From the NCBI GenBank assembly GCA_905234175.1, contig CAJOGX010000005.1, positions 785 to 64,784 of the forward strand: a stretch of DNA of 64,000 nt. Direction: 5' to 3'. The first letter of the stretch is position 1; every line of letters starts with the position of its first letter. A model generated the notes under the pieces. It searched no databases. It was not told the DNA's origin and was given only the letters and a program-made list of their open reading frames with translations. Both the position numbers and the translations under genes were made by a program. The DNA comes from an uncultured Selenomonadaceae bacterium (GTDB taxonomy: Bacteria > Bacillota > Negativicutes > Selenomonadales > Selenomonadaceae). Positions 54,425 to 64,000 of the stretch are shown here, piece by piece.

Positions 54425-55593
54425 TCTAGGTACATCAGTTCCGCGTAGCCTTTCGCGGCGCAGGATTTTTCGGCGGCGTCCTTCGTCTGAGCAATCAGCG
54501 AAAGTTCAACGACCTTGCCAGCCGCGCGAAGTTCCAGCGCCTTTTTAATCGCCGCGTCAACATTCCCTTCGCCGTAGCTCAGATAAATATTTTTCGCGCG
54601 GGCGTCATTAGAAATTCCTTGCCGCTCGCACGCCGTCAAAATTCTTTCGATACCGACAGCAAAGCCCGTCGCGGGGCACGCCAGTCCGAAATCTTTCAAC
54701 ATGTGGTCGTACCTGCCGCCGCCAGCCAGAGAGTAGCCAACGTCCGGCGCGTACGCCTCAAAAACCATGCCGGTATAATATTCAAAGTCGCGGATAATTC
54801 CGAGGTCGAAGGCGATTTTGTCAGCGACGCCGTAAGTTTGAGCCAGCGCGTAAATTTCCGCCAGATTATCCAGCGCGCGCTGAGATTTTTCGTTGTCGGC
54901 TAAACTGCGCGCCGCGTCAAGAATTTCAATCCCGCCGTGGAGTTTAGGAATTTTTTTGAGCGAATCGGCGGCGGCTTTATCAAGTTCCAGCGCGTCAACA
55001 ATTTTTTCCAGCCCAACAATATCGTGGCGCTCAATCGCTGATTTAATTTTGGTTTGAACATCGGGCGGCAGATTATTCTGCTCCATAAGACCGCTTGCGA
55101 ACTCAACCTGACCGAGGCAAATCGTGAACTCTTTGAGCCCAGAAATTTTCAGCGCCTGCGCGGCGAGAGCGATAATTTCAGCGTCGGCAAAGGCGTTCGA
55201 CACGCCCAAAAGTTCCACGCCAGCCTGATAAAATTCGCACTGGCGCCCCGACTGATTTTGTCTGAACCGGAAAACGCTCGTGTTGTAGGAAAGCTTGAGC
55301 GGTAGCGGCGCATCTTTCAGCCGACTGACTACCAGCCGCGCGATTGGCGTCGTCATTTCGTGATGAAGCGCCAGCGTTCGGTTTTGCAGGTCGAACATTT
55401 TGAACAGATTCGGCTCCAGCGCCTTGTCCGAGACCGTCAGCGTTTCCAGAAATTCCATCGTCGGCGTCACAACTTCCTCGTAGCCAAATTCCGCGAAAAG
55501 TTTAGCCAGCCGCGTTTCAAGCGCCCGTTTAGCCGCCGCCTCCCTCGGTAGAAAATCCCGCGTCCCGTAAGGCGTTTCCAAAATTCCTGCCAT
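54421..55593 (-). CDS. hisZ: ATP phosphoribosyltransferase regulatory subunit (HisRS paralog)
   Basis: 390 aa. TPYGTRDFLP and class-II aaRS-like motifs (YDHMLKDFG, ATGFAVGIERI). It lacks a full anticodon-binding domain and is adjacent to a short hisG. Confidence 0.88.
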   Translation of the reverse strand: MAGILETPYGTRDFLPREAAAKRALETRLAKLFAEFGYEEVVTPTMEFLETLTVSDKALEPNLFKMFDLQNRTLALHHEMTTPIARLVVSRLKDAPLPLKLSYNTSVFRFRQNQSGRQCEFYQAGVELLGVSNAFADAEIIALAAQALKISGLKEFTICLGQVEFASGLMEQNNLPPDVQTKIKSAIERHDIVGLEKIVDALELDKAAADSLKKIPKLHGGIEILDAARSLADNEKSQRALDNLAEIYALAQTYGVADKIAFDLGIIRDFEYYTGMVFEAYAPDVGYSLAGGGRYDHMLKDFGLACPATGFAVGIERILTACERQGISNDARAKNIYLSYGEGNVDAAIKKALELRAAGKVVELSLIAQTKDAAEKSCAAKGYAELMYLE

Positions 55594-55594
55594 T

Positions 55595-56413
55595 TCAATC
55601 CTCCTTCAGCGCGATAGCCGCCGCAAGCCTGCCGGTCGTGCCGCCCGCCGCCCTGTAAGAAAAATAAAAATTCGCGTTGCAGCAGGTGCATTCGCCCGCC
55701 ACGTCGATATTTTTTTCCGGCAAGCCAGCTTCAAGCAGCTGAACTTTATTCGCGCTCCACAAGTCCAAAAAATTTTTCCCGTTACGATTAATAATCAGCT
55801 CAGGATTTTTCGGGAAAGCCGTCGCGCAGACCTGTTGAACATTTTCGCCGACTTCGTAGCAGCACGACCCGATTGACGGCGCAATTCCAGCGAGACAATT
55901 TTCAGCGCGCGTGCCGAAATTCTCAGCCATTGCGTGAAAAGTTTTCGCCGCGATTTTGTTCAGCGTGCCCTTCCAGCCGCCGTGCGCCAGTCCAATCGCG
56001 CGGTTCTCCACGTCTACAAGAAAAATCGGCACGCAGTCAGCGAAACATAACATCAGCGGCAAATTCGCAACGTTCGTAATCAGCGCGTCGGTTTCGGGAA
56101 TCGAGTCCGCGTAAACTTTACTGCCTCGCCCGCGATGAATTTCCTCCACGCGAAAAATTTTATCGCCGTGCACCTGGTTCGGCGTCACAATATCTTCCAG
56201 CTCAAATCCCAGCGTCGCCATAAATTTCCTGCGGTTAGCCAGAACATTTTCCGCGTCGTCGCCAACGTGCAAGCCCAGATTCAAACTGTCAAAAGGCTTA
56301 GCGCTGTACCCGCCCAGCCGCGTCGAAACGGCGTGCGTAACCAAATCGTCGGGGAAACTCGAAAATTTCCCGTGCCAGATATTCCCGTCAATGCGCTTCA
56401 AAAAATAACTCAT
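55595..56413 (-). CDS. pgeF: peptidoglycan editing factor PgeF (YfiH/DUF152, laccase-domain protein)
   Basis: 272 aa. NLGLHVGDD, QVHGD, DALIT, FADCVPI, HGGWKG and CTCC motifs. Confidence 0.88.
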   Translation of the reverse strand: MSYFLKRIDGNIWHGKFSSFPDDLVTHAVSTRLGGYSAKPFDSLNLGLHVGDDAENVLANRRKFMATLGFELEDIVTPNQVHGDKIFRVEEIHRGRGSKVYADSIPETDALITNVANLPLMLCFADCVPIFLVDVENRAIGLAHGGWKGTLNKIAAKTFHAMAENFGTRAENCLAGIAPSIGSCCYEVGENVQQVCATAFPKNPELIINRNGKNFLDLWSANKVQLLEAGLPEKNIDVAGECTCCNANFYFSYRAAGGTTGRLAAAIALKED

Positions 56414-56425
56414 AAAAAAATCTCC

Positions 56426-57994
56426 TTAACAAACCCCGCAGCGCTTACAGCCGTCGAAACAGGCCGGCGTAGCTTTGAACGCCGCCGCCCGCTCAAATTC
56501 CGCGCGCAGATATTTTTTACTGAAACCCATGTCCAGAATATCCCACGGGAAAATTTCCTCCGCCTCTCGCGCCCGCAGGTAAAAATTTTCGTCGACGCCC
56601 GATTCACGCAGCAGTTGCAAAAATTCCTGCGGCGATTCAGATTTTACCACCAGCTGTGCGATTCGTCTATCGCCACGCGCCAAAATCGCCTGCACTTCCG
56701 CCGACTTTATCGACTCCGAAATTATTTCTACGCCGCGCAATTTTTTCAGTCCGTCGCGCAGAATTTTCAGCGCCGCATTTAAATATTTCCGCTCGGCGAA
56801 CGGCGCCCACTGGAACGGCGTGAACGGCTTCGGCACGAACGGATTTACGCTCAGCGTCAGTTTGCCCGCGCCCACGAATTTTTTCAGCCGCGCCGAAAGT
56901 TCCACGATTTCCGCCACGTCCGCCAGCTCCTCGAACGGCAGCCCTATCATGAAGTACAGCTTGAAATTTTTCAGCCCCGCCGCGATTCCCAGTTCCACCG
57001 CGCTGAAAATATTTTCCTCCGTCAGATTTTTGTTTATGACTGCGCGCATTTTTGAACTGCCAACCTCCGGCGCGACCGTCAAAGTTTTCAGACCGCTCTT
57101 CGCCAGCGCCTCAACTAACTCTTGAGTTACCGAATCCGCGCGAAACGACGCCACCGACATTTCCAATCCCGCGTCCAGAATGTATTTGCACAGCTCGTTA
57201 ATCTGCGGGTAGTCGGAAATTGCCGCGCCCATCAGTCCAATTTTTTTTCCGAACTTTTTCGCCGCGTCGACTTCAGATTTCAAAACTTCCAGCGAACGGT
57301 TGCGCGGTTTCCGAAAGCAGTAGCCCGCCATGCAAAATCTGCAGTGGTGTCCGCAGCCGCGCGCCGTTTCGATTAAGTACATGTTGAACTCCGTCGCGTC
57401 CGTGATAATTTCCGAGTGCGCGGGGAACTCGTCGAGATTTTTTACCCACTGCCGCGAAACTTTTTTCGGGAAAGCCGGTACGAACACGCCAGGAATTTCC
57501 GCCAGCGCCTGCAAAGTCTCTTCGCGCGGGAGTTTCTGCGCCAAAACTTCCATGACCGGCGGCATGATAACTTCGCCCTCGCCAATTATGAACGCGTCGA
57601 AAATTTCCGCCAGCGGCATTGGGTTGAACGTCGCGCAGGGGCCGCCCGCTATCAGTATCGGGTCGAATTTCGTGCGCGCCGACGCCAGCGGATTTATTTT
57701 GGCCGCCCGCAAAATTTTTACAACGTTGAAATAATCCTGCTCGAACGAGACCGCAAAGCCTATCGCTGAAAATTTGTTGAGCGGCGTCTGAGTTTCTACG
57801 CTCAAAGGCTCGTCGAGGAAAAATCTTTCGCACGACGAATCTGCCCGCGAATTTATCAGCGCGTAAATTATGTGCAAGCCCAGGTTTGACATTCCGACGT
57901 AATAAAAATTCGGGTAGACCAGCGCAAATCGCAGCCGTCCGCCCGAATGTATCGTATAACCGGATTCTTTTGAAATTCGTAAATTCTGCCGCAT
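56426..57994 (-). CDS. B12-binding-domain radical SAM protein (TIGR03960-like)
   Basis: RFALVYPNFYYVGMSNLGLHIIY, then ETARGCGHHCRFCMAGY (CxxxCxxC). ATG at 57994 lies 1 nt after the rodZ stop and is preferred over 58048. Confidence 0.8.
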   Translation of the reverse strand: MRQNLRISKESGYTIHSGGRLRFALVYPNFYYVGMSNLGLHIIYALINSRADSSCERFFLDEPLSVETQTPLNKFSAIGFAVSFEQDYFNVVKILRAAKINPLASARTKFDPILIAGGPCATFNPMPLAEIFDAFIIGEGEVIMPPVMEVLAQKLPREETLQALAEIPGVFVPAFPKKVSRQWVKNLDEFPAHSEIITDATEFNMYLIETARGCGHHCRFCMAGYCFRKPRNRSLEVLKSEVDAAKKFGKKIGLMGAAISDYPQINELCKYILDAGLEMSVASFRADSVTQELVEALAKSGLKTLTVAPEVGSSKMRAVINKNLTEENIFSAVELGIAAGLKNFKLYFMIGLPFEELADVAEIVELSARLKKFVGAGKLTLSVNPFVPKPFTPFQWAPFAERKYLNAALKILRDGLKKLRGVEIISESIKSAEVQAILARGDRRIAQLVVKSESPQEFLQLLRESGVDENFYLRAREAEEIFPWDILDMGFSKKYLRAEFERAAAFKATPACFDGCKRCGVC

Positions 57995-57995
57995 T

Positions 57996-58775
57996 TTATC
58001 GCGTGAAAGTCCTTTCAACGACCGCGCCGTCCGCGCCAATCGCACCAATATCCTGCCCGTTCACGACGAAATTCACCGCGCCGGCATTTCCCAAAACGAC
58101 GTTGACGCTCTGCGCGCCGTCCCAGTTGAAGGCCTGCCCGACGTTAATCATTCCCTCGAACACGACCGCGCCGTCAACCGCAACCTGAGTCCAGCAGTCG
58201 CCGGAAAAAGTCGCCTGAACCTTGACGCCGCTGGGGATAACCTGCGCGATTTGCTGAGGCTCGGCGGGCTGAGTGACTTCCTGCGCAGTTTCGACAGGCT
58301 GAGTAATTTCCTGCTGCGCGACTGTATTCTCCTCGCCGCCGCTGAATGCAAAAATAATTCCGCCAATTAAAAGAATAAGTGCAGCCGCTGCCGCGACGAG
58401 ATATTTTTTCTTATCGTCCTCGGAATCGGCGTGAGTTTCGGCGCGTCTCTGCGCGCGGGTTGTTGGTTTTTCAGCAGGAGTTTCAGCCGTAACTTTGGCG
58501 TAAGATTTTTCGGCGGCGGGTTTAGTTTCTTCGGGCGCAATCGTGGTCGGCGAAATTTCCATGACGAATTTTTTAACCATGTCGTCGCCGTCGAGGTCAA
58601 GGAAATTGGCGTAGTTCTTGATAAAACCTTTGGCATAGACTTCGCCAGGGAGCTTGTCGTACTCGCCCTGTTCAAGAGCCTCGATATAAAGCGCGCGAAT
58701 GCTCGTTTCCCTTTCGATATCCTGAACAGTAAGATTCTGTTTTTCGCGCTCCCGTCGCAAAATGTCGCCTATCAT
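57996..58775 (-). CDS. rodZ: cytoskeleton protein RodZ (HTH + TM + DUF4115)
   Basis: The N-terminal Xre-type HTH reads IGDILRREREKQNLTVQDIERETSIRALYIEALEQGEYDKLPG. A Pro/Glu/Thr linker, a TM helix and a C-terminal beta domain follow. Confidence 0.85.
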   Translation of the reverse strand: MIGDILRREREKQNLTVQDIERETSIRALYIEALEQGEYDKLPGEVYAKGFIKNYANFLDLDGDDMVKKFVMEISPTTIAPEETKPAAEKSYAKVTAETPAEKPTTRAQRRAETHADSEDDKKKYLVAAAAALILLIGGIIFAFSGGEENTVAQQEITQPVETAQEVTQPAEPQQIAQVIPSGVKVQATFSGDCWTQVAVDGAVVFEGMINVGQAFNWDGAQSVNVVLGNAGAVNFVVNGQDIGAIGADGAVVERTFTR

Positions 58776-58801
58776 TAACAAACATCTCCCTTCAACCGCA
58801 G

Positions 58802-58831
58802 ATTATACACTACCGCCAGTTTTGGCGTCAA
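58802..58831 (-). promoter_or_regulatory. candidate promoter for rodZ (TTGACG - 18 nt - TATAAT)
   Basis: On the minus strand, ttgacg is the complement of 58826-58831 and tataat is the complement of 58802-58807. It lies about 27 nt upstream of the rodZ start. Confidence 0.5.
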
Positions 58832-58860
58832 ATAAAAAATGGAAAGCGTTGAACTTTCCA
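58831..58860 (-). terminator. intrinsic terminator after the 174-aa ORF
   Basis: Minus strand: tggaaag-ttcaacg-ctttcca followed by ttttttattt. Confidence 0.65.
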
Positions 58861-58883
58861 CGGGATAATTTTTGCGGTCTAAA

Positions 58884-59408
58884 TTATTTTTTGAGATTAA
58901 CCTTGCCGGAATTTTCTTCGGCAGGCTCAGTTTTTTCAGTTGCCGGTTGAGTCGGTTCAATGTCAATCGTAACGGGCTCGGCGTCTTCGGCGGTCGGTTC
59001 AGTTTCTTCAGCAGGAGCGGCGGATTTAGTTTCGGGCGGCTTAATTTCCGGCGCGCTGATTGGAAATTCGATAGTCTGAAGGGCTTTGACGGTTTTCTGA
59101 GCGCCAATTTCGAGGAGTTTCATATCGCGCGGCTCGCTGGTATTGGCAAGCTTGTGCCATTTTTTATCTTCGTCCTGAAAGTACATTTCAAATTCGAGGC
59201 TGAAGTGATCATCGTCGACGAAATTCACGCGGAACTTGCCGGCGCTGTAAGTGAGGCCGCGCGCCACGTTTTTGCGGATAATTTCATCGAGGCGCATGGA
59301 GGCAACTTCGGCGGTATCCTCAATCGTCATGTTCGGGCTCAGCAGGTTATCGAAAAAATTTTTGACATCTTCGACGACGAGTTCGAGAGATTTTTTGGTA
59401 ATCGGCAT
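58884..59408 (-). CDS. hypothetical protein (globular N-domain + Pro/Glu/Thr-rich tail)
   Basis: 174 aa. RBS GAGGTG lies about 10 nt upstream. No TM helix or signal peptide. The tail reads PEIKPPETKSAAPAEETEPTAEDAEP.... Confidence 0.6.
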   Translation of the reverse strand: MPITKKSLELVVEDVKNFFDNLLSPNMTIEDTAEVASMRLDEIIRKNVARGLTYSAGKFRVNFVDDDHFSLEFEMYFQDEDKKWHKLANTSEPRDMKLLEIGAQKTVKALQTIEFPISAPEIKPPETKSAAPAEETEPTAEDAEPVTIDIEPTQPATEKTEPAEENSGKVNLKK

Positions 59409-59423
59409 TTCAGTTCACCTCGC

Positions 59424-59768
59424 TCAAACGGTAAGCTCAAGTTCTTTTTCGTAGCGGCTGGTAACGTCGGTTTCCGTGTTGGAAAGACCGGCCTTCGCCC
59501 ATTCGGGAACCTGGGACTCGTCAATTTCGCGCGTGGTAGTTTTTTCAATCCACTTGCCGTTTTCCCTGTAGTAGAGGCGGTGGACGAGGCTAAGCGTGCC
59601 GTTTTCGACGCTGGAAAAAAGTTTCGCCGCGTATTCGCCGATACCGAGGCTGTTCAAAGTTTCCTTCAGTTTCGGCAGGAAATCCGACAGCCATTTGGTG
59701 ACTTCTTCCCAGTTTGTGTAGACGACCAGACCGCCGACCAGCGCGCCCAGTACAAGCACAGGTATCAT
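59424..59768 (-). CDS. hypothetical N-terminally anchored membrane protein
   Basis: 114 aa. The TM helix is MIPVLVLGALVGGLVVY. RBS GGGAG lies upstream. It is 15 nt upstream of the next ORF. Confidence 0.6.
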   Translation of the reverse strand: MIPVLVLGALVGGLVVYTNWEEVTKWLSDFLPKLKETLNSLGIGEYAAKLFSSVENGTLSLVHRLYYRENGKWIEKTTTREIDESQVPEWAKAGLSNTETDVTSRYEKELELTV

Positions 59769-59793
59769 TTAAAACATCTCCCTTGAAAAAATT

Positions 59794-60633
59794 TTAGCGA
59801 AGAGAAATTCTCGCGTATTCTTCAACCATGTCAACGAAAGTCATGTGCCCGCGCTCGGTGGATTTGCTCGTACCAATTTCCCTGAGCACGGTCTGATAAA
59901 TTATCGATTCGACGCTGCCAGGAATAAGATTTTCCCAGTTTTTGTAATCGTACTGGCGCTCGGAAACGGTATTCTGCGGGTGCCCGACGACTTCCAGCTC
60001 ACACAAAAATTGAATCTGCTTAGTTTTCGGGCGGAGGTAATAGTGCTCAAGAAAATATTTTTTGTGCTGAAGAACTTCCACGTCAACGGGATTGAGCGGC
60101 CTGCCATTTTCCTGCGCGAGGGAAATTTCAGCGCTCTCGTTATCGTTTATGTAGTCCGCCAGATCCTGCGGCAGTTCCGAAGTGTCAACATTGTGCTCGA
60201 CCATGCGAATCCATACGTCCGCCATGTACTCATTGGCAAGGTACGGCACGCGCTTCCAGTCAACGCTCTGCCGGTCAAGGTAGTACGTGTACAAATCGTC
60301 CGCCGCCAGCTTAACGAACCGCGCCTTTTGCGTCTTTTGCTTTTTAGTCGACGCGGAATTTTTCGGCTGAGTATTGACGCGGCTGGGCGGTAAAATTCTC
60401 TCGCCGGTTGAATAATTTGGCGGCGGCAGAATGCGTTCATCGCTCGGCGCAGGAATATTTTCTTCGTCGATAAAATCTTCATCCGGCACGATAATAATTG
60501 GCGCGTCAGTGAAAGGCTCGTCGTACTCTTCGCCAGCAAGTTCGGGCTCGTCAGCGTAAGCCGGAGCATTTATGAGCAGTGCCAGCAACGTCGCCGTGCC
60601 AGCAAAATATTTTTTCGCGTTCAAAGGAATCAC
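59794..60633 (-). CDS. hypothetical secreted protein (signal peptide, acidic/proline linker with an ERILPP repeat, ~170-aa C-terminal domain)
   Basis: 279 aa. The signal peptide ends ...LLINAPAYA|DEP. Start is GTG 60633 or TTG 60624. No recognised catalytic motif. Confidence 0.62.
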   Translation of the reverse strand: MIPLNAKKYFAGTATLLALLINAPAYADEPELAGEEYDEPFTDAPIIIVPDEDFIDEENIPAPSDERILPPPNYSTGERILPPSRVNTQPKNSASTKKQKTQKARFVKLAADDLYTYYLDRQSVDWKRVPYLANEYMADVWIRMVEHNVDTSELPQDLADYINDNESAEISLAQENGRPLNPVDVEVLQHKKYFLEHYYLRPKTKQIQFLCELEVVGHPQNTVSERQYDYKNWENLIPGSVESIIYQTVLREIGTSKSTERGHMTFVDMVEEYARISLR

Positions 60634-60668
60634 CCCAGTTTACATTCGACCTGCAGGAAAAAATTCCT

Positions 60669-61370
60669 TTAATGCAGTGGATTTTTCGCAGGAACTCCGG
60701 CTTTGCGCGGGAAATTTTTCGGCGTGGATTTTTTCTTGTCGACGTAAATCACCGCGCGAATGTCCGGCAGATTCGGCAGATTTTTTTCGACGCTTTGAAT
60801 TTCGCCGCCGCCAAGAATTTTAACCGCCGCGCCAGCCTCAGCAATTTCTTCGCGGAAATTTTTGCCCTTCATCGCCGCGAAAGTCCCGCCGACCTTAGCG
60901 AACGGCAGACAATATTCAGCGATAACGCTCAGCCTTGCAACCGCGCGCGCCGTCACCAAATCGAAACACTCGCGGAAATTTTTATCGTGCGCCAAATCCT
61001 CCGCGCGGCCGTGAATGCACTCGACGCCGCTCAGGTTCAGCTCAGCAACGACGCTTTTCAGAAACTTAACGCGCTTGTCAAGGGAATCGAGCAGCACAAT
61101 TTCAATTTCGGGCTTGAAAATTTTCAGCGGAATGCCTGGGAAGCCGGCGCCAGTCCCCACGTCGATAACCTTCCCGACGCCGGCAAATTTATTTTCGTCC
61201 CAGACGGTCAGCGAGTCAATCACGTGCTTAACTGCGAAATCCTCCGCGTTCGTGAGCGCCGTCAGATTAATTTTCTCGTTCCAGCTGATAACCGCGCGGT
61301 AAAAAAATTCAAACTGCTCAAACTGGCGCGCGCTGAGATTCAGATTTTCAGAAAGAATTTCGCGCAGCAT
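60669..61370 (-). CDS. rsmG: 16S rRNA (guanine527-N7)-methyltransferase
   Basis: 233 aa. NLTALT, IDVGTGAGFPGIPLKI and ARAVA motifs. It abuts the guaA stop. Confidence 0.92.
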   Translation of the reverse strand: MLREILSENLNLSARQFEQFEFFYRAVISWNEKINLTALTNAEDFAVKHVIDSLTVWDENKFAGVGKVIDVGTGAGFPGIPLKIFKPEIEIVLLDSLDKRVKFLKSVVAELNLSGVECIHGRAEDLAHDKNFRECFDLVTARAVARLSVIAEYCLPFAKVGGTFAAMKGKNFREEIAEAGAAVKILGGGEIQSVEKNLPNLPDIRAVIYVDKKKSTPKNFPRKAGVPAKNPLH

Positions 61371-62933
61371 TTATTCAAGCTCAATCGTGGCGGGCGGCTT
61401 GCTGGTGCAGTCGTAGAGCACGCGGTTGACGCCTTGGACTTCGTTGACAATGCGATTAGCGGCCGTGTTCAAAACGCTCCAGTCGAGTTGCGCCGCCTCC
61501 GCAGTCATGAAATCGCTTGTAAGAACCGCGCGCAAAACTACCGCGTAATCGTACGTGCGCCCGTCGCCCATGACGCCGACCGACCGCATATTCGTCAGCG
61601 CCGCAAAGTACTGGCTGAGTTCGACGCCCGCTTTGGCAACTTCCGCGCGGAAAATTGCGTCGGCGTCCTGCACGATTTTGATTTTCTCCGCCGTGACTTC
61701 GCCGATGATTCTGATACCGAGACCAGGACCAGGGAAGGGCTGGCGGCTGACAATATTTTCCGGCAAACCGAGTTCGCGCCCAGCCTGCCGCACTTCGTCC
61801 TTGAAAAGCAGACGCAGCGGCTCAACAATTTCCTTGAAATCAATCACGCTCGGAAGTCCGCCAACGTTGTGGTGCGACTTAATCACGGCGGATTTTCCGA
61901 GGCCGCTTTCGATAACGTCGGGGTAAATCGTGCCCTGCGCGAGGAAGTCGACCGCGCCGATTTTCTTCGCAACTTCCTCGAACACGCGGATAAATTCTTC
62001 GCCGATAATTTTGCGCTTGCGTTCGGGCTCGGTGACGCCGCTCAGTTTAGCAAGAAACCGCGCGCCCGCGTCAACTTTTATGAAATTCAAATCGTAGTTC
62101 GCAAACGCCGCCTCGACTTCCGCCGCCTCGTTTTTGCGAAGGAGTCCGTGGTCTACGAAAACGCACGTCAGATTTTTGCCTACGGCCTTACTGAGGAGAA
62201 CCGCCGCCACGCTCGAATCGACGCCGCCCGATAGCGCGCAGAGAACTTTCCCGCTGCCGATTTTAGATTTGAGCTCGGAAATTGTGTCGGCAACGAAAGT
62301 ATTCATCGTCCAATCGCGCGCGCTGCCGCAAATGTCCACGAAGTTCGACAGAATTTTTTTGCCTTCGACGGTGTGCAAAACTTCGGGGTGAAACTGCACG
62401 GCGTAGAGATTTCGCGCAGGATTTTCCGCCGCCGCTATCGGACAATTTTCGCTCGCCGCCGTCGCGCTGAAACCTTCCGGCAGTGCGCAAATCCTGTCGG
62501 TGTGGCTCATCCAGACGACGGTATTTTTTTCAACGCCCGCAAAAAGTTTCGACGCGCCAGAAATTTTAACTTCGGTCTTGCCGTACTCGCTGAGCTCAGA
62601 TTTTTTTACTTCGCCGCCGAGCACGTGAGTCATGGCCTGCGCGCCGTAGCAAATTCCTAAAACCGGCACGCCCATGTTAAAAATTTCAATCGGCGGGAGG
62701 CTGGAATTTTCTTCGTAAACGCTCTGCGGGCCGCCCGTCAAAATAATTCCGTCGGGTCTGAGATTTTTAATCGCCGCCAGATTTATCGCAGTGCCCAGCC
62801 CGCTCTTAACGTTCCTGTCCGCCTTAGCGTCGCCGGTCGTCAGCGTGTGAACTTCGCAGTAAACGTGATTTTCGCGGACGCGCCGCGCGATAAGCTGGTT
62901 GTACTGCCCGCCGAAATCCAAAACTAAAATCAT
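61371..62933 (-). CDS. guaA: GMP synthase (glutamine-hydrolysing)
   Basis: 520 aa. [22 protein letters not shown], the ATP-PPase P-loop ALSGGVDSS, and the C-terminal KPPATIELE. Confidence 0.95.
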   Translation of the reverse strand: MILVLDFGGQYNQLIARRVRENHVYCEVHTLTTGDAKADRNVKSGLGTAINLAAIKNLRPDGIILTGGPQSVYEENSSLPPIEIFNMGVPVLGICYGAQAMTHVLGGEVKKSELSEYGKTEVKISGASKLFAGVEKNTVVWMSHTDRICALPEGFSATAASENCPIAAAENPARNLYAVQFHPEVLHTVEGKKILSNFVDICGSARDWTMNTFVADTISELKSKIGSGKVLCALSGGVDSSVAAVLLSKAVGKNLTCVFVDHGLLRKNEAAEVEAAFANYDLNFIKVDAGARFLAKLSGVTEPERKRKIIGEEFIRVFEEVAKKIGAVDFLAQGTIYPDVIESGLGKSAVIKSHHNVGGLPSVIDFKEIVEPLRLLFKDEVRQAGRELGLPENIVSRQPFPGPGLGIRIIGEVTAEKIKIVQDADAIFRAEVAKAGVELSQYFAALTNMRSVGVMGDGRTYDYAVVLRAVLTSDFMTAEAAQLDWSVLNTAANRIVNEVQGVNRVLYDCTSKPPATIELE

Positions 62934-64000
62934 TCTGCCACCTCCCTGAGCCAGTCGCGCGCGTCGGAAATTTGCCGCTGTACCTGTTCCGTTGAAGTTC
63001 CGCCCAGCGAATTGCGCGCGTTCACGCAGGTTTCCGGCTTCAGCGCGTCAAAAATATCTGCGTCAAACTTGTCGCTGAAATTTTTAAATTCGTCCAGCGC
63101 CAAATCCTTTAAATAAATTCCGCGCGAAATGCATTCGTGTACCAGTTTGCCGGAAATTTCGTGCGCCTGCCGGAACGGTACGCCCTTCCTTACCAGATAG
63201 TCCGCCAAATCCGTCGCGTTGGAAAAATCTTCCTCGACCGCGCGCCGCATGTTTTCCGCCCGCACTTTCATTCCTGCGACAATCTGCGCGAAGACCGCCA
63301 GCGAAAATTTCACCGTGTCAATCGCGTCGAACAAGCCTTCCTTATCTTCCTGCAAATCCTTGTTGTACGCCAGCGGCAGCGCCTTGACCGCCGTCAGCAT
63401 CGCCATTAAGTGCCCAACTACGCGCCCAGTTTTCCCGCGCACGAGTTCCGGCACGTCGGGATTTTTTTTCTGCGGCATCATCGAAGAGCCCGTGCAATGC
63501 GCGTCGTCCAGCTCCACGAACGAAAATTCCCTGCTGCACCACAAAATTATTTCTTCGCTGAACCGCGACAGGTGAACCATCAAAATCGACGCCGCCGCCA
63601 GAAATTCCAAAATGTAGTCCCTGTCGCTCACTGCGTCCAGACTGTTCTGGTAAACCGCGTCGAAATCCAGCTCGTCCGCCACGAAATTCCTGTCAATCGG
63701 GAAAGTCGTGCCAGCCAGCGCGCCCGCTCCCAGCGGCATTATGTTCGCGCGGTCGTAAACTCCTGCGAAACGCTCGCCGTCCCGCCGCAGCATTTCAAAA
63801 TACGCTAGCAGGTGGTGAGAAAATAAAATCGGCTGCGCCCGCTGAAGGTGCGTGTACCCTGGCATTATCACGCCCAGATTTTTTTCCGCCGCGTCAACAA
63901 GCGCCGCCTGCAGTTCCAGAATCAGCCGCTTAATTTCGCAGACCTGCCGCCGAACGTACAAATGCATATCCAGCGCGACCTGATCGTTTCGACTGCGCGC
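62930..64000 (-). CDS. argH: argininosuccinate lyase, C-terminal ~355 aa (5' end outside window)
   Basis: The frame stays open to the window end. [12 protein letters not shown] and [12 protein letters not shown] are fumarate-lyase signatures. The ATGA overlaps the guaA start. Confidence 0.92.
   Translation of the reverse strand, partial: ARSRNDQVALDMHLYVRRQVCEIKRLILELQAALVDAAEKNLGVIMPGYTHLQRAQPILFSHHLLAYFEMLRRDGERFAGVYDRANIMPLGAGALAGTTFPIDRNFVADELDFDAVYQNSLDAVSDRDYILEFLAAASILMVHLSRFSEEIILWCSREFSFVELDDAHCTGSSMMPQKKNPDVPELVRGKTGRVVGHLMAMLTAVKALPLAYNKDLQEDKEGLFDAIDTVKFSLAVFAQIVAGMKVRAENMRRAVEEDFSNATDLADYLVRKGVPFRQAHEISGKLVHECISRGIYLKDLALDEFKNFSDKFDADIFDALKPETCVNARNSLGGTSTEQVQRQISDARDWLREVAE

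Noticed and set aside
60579-62234. Very long ORFs antisense to well-supported genes. Examples: 60579-62234 (551 aa), 6484-7737 (417 aa), 24064-25275 (403 aa), 44831-46045 (404 aa), 46076-47203 (375 aa), 47974-49107 (377 aa) and 33839-34909 (356 aa).
   Set aside because: Their translations are Arg/Ala/Phe/Asn-rich low complexity with no motifs or ribosome-binding sites, while the opposite strand encodes clearly recognisable proteins. They are shadow ORFs. The coding strands largely avoid TTA/CTA/TCA codons, so the complement lacks stops.
61371-62933. An apparent ~20-aa insertion in the GuaA glutaminase domain ([29 protein letters not shown]).
   Set aside because: I cannot judge this without an alignment. 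Loop length in this region varies between species and the reading frame is intact.

Overview
This 64-kb chromosomal segment is almost fully coding, with about 62 protein genes and one tRNA. No rRNA, CRISPR array, transposase or integrase was seen. The gene order suggests an anaerobic, motile Bacillota (Firmicutes)-type bacterium; this is inference only. It rests on yaaR-holB, yybS-gdpP, tsaE-tsaB-rimI-tsaD, secG-est, tmcAL and a SCIFF-type radical SAM enzyme.

Core content:
- Glycolysis: gap, a fused pgk/tpi, and gpmI.
- htpX, and chemotaxis genes (an MCP with an adjacent sugar-binding protein, and cheV).
- A long translationally coupled minus-strand operon: tsaE-tsaB-GNAT-rimI-tsaD-queF-pdxK-membrane protein.
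- ispE, a GntR regulator, glmU, prs, secG.
- holB, lactate permease, PBP1A, yybS-gdpP, and a TRAP-type permease.
- hisZ-HD-hisG-hisD, then pgeF, a B12/radical SAM gene, rodZ, rsmG, guaA and argH.

Many neighbouring genes overlap by ATGA or TAATG. Several convergent pairs abut or overlap at their stop codons with no room for a terminator.

The one clearly accessory-looking stretch is 31.3-36.0 kb. It holds a tRNA-Arg(TCT), then three tandem 76-77-nt tRNA-derived units each ending in a terminator-like hairpin, then a near-consensus promoter. That promoter drives two divergent P-loop/dynamin-like GTPases and a small repeat-bearing membrane protein. This is my best candidate for a novel or poorly described system, possibly a membrane-remodelling or anti-phage module.

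Other points worth a second look:
- A dispersed structured element placed right after the stop codons of three genes.
- An in-frame TGA with a hairpin inside a DUF4422 gene.
- An HNH nuclease translationally coupled to hisD.
- An HD-domain gene inside the his operon.
- A RiPP-type rSAM/SPASM maturase with no visible precursor gene.
- A three-gene secreted/membrane cluster of unknown function.

All functional calls rest on motifs I recognise by eye. No database search was run.
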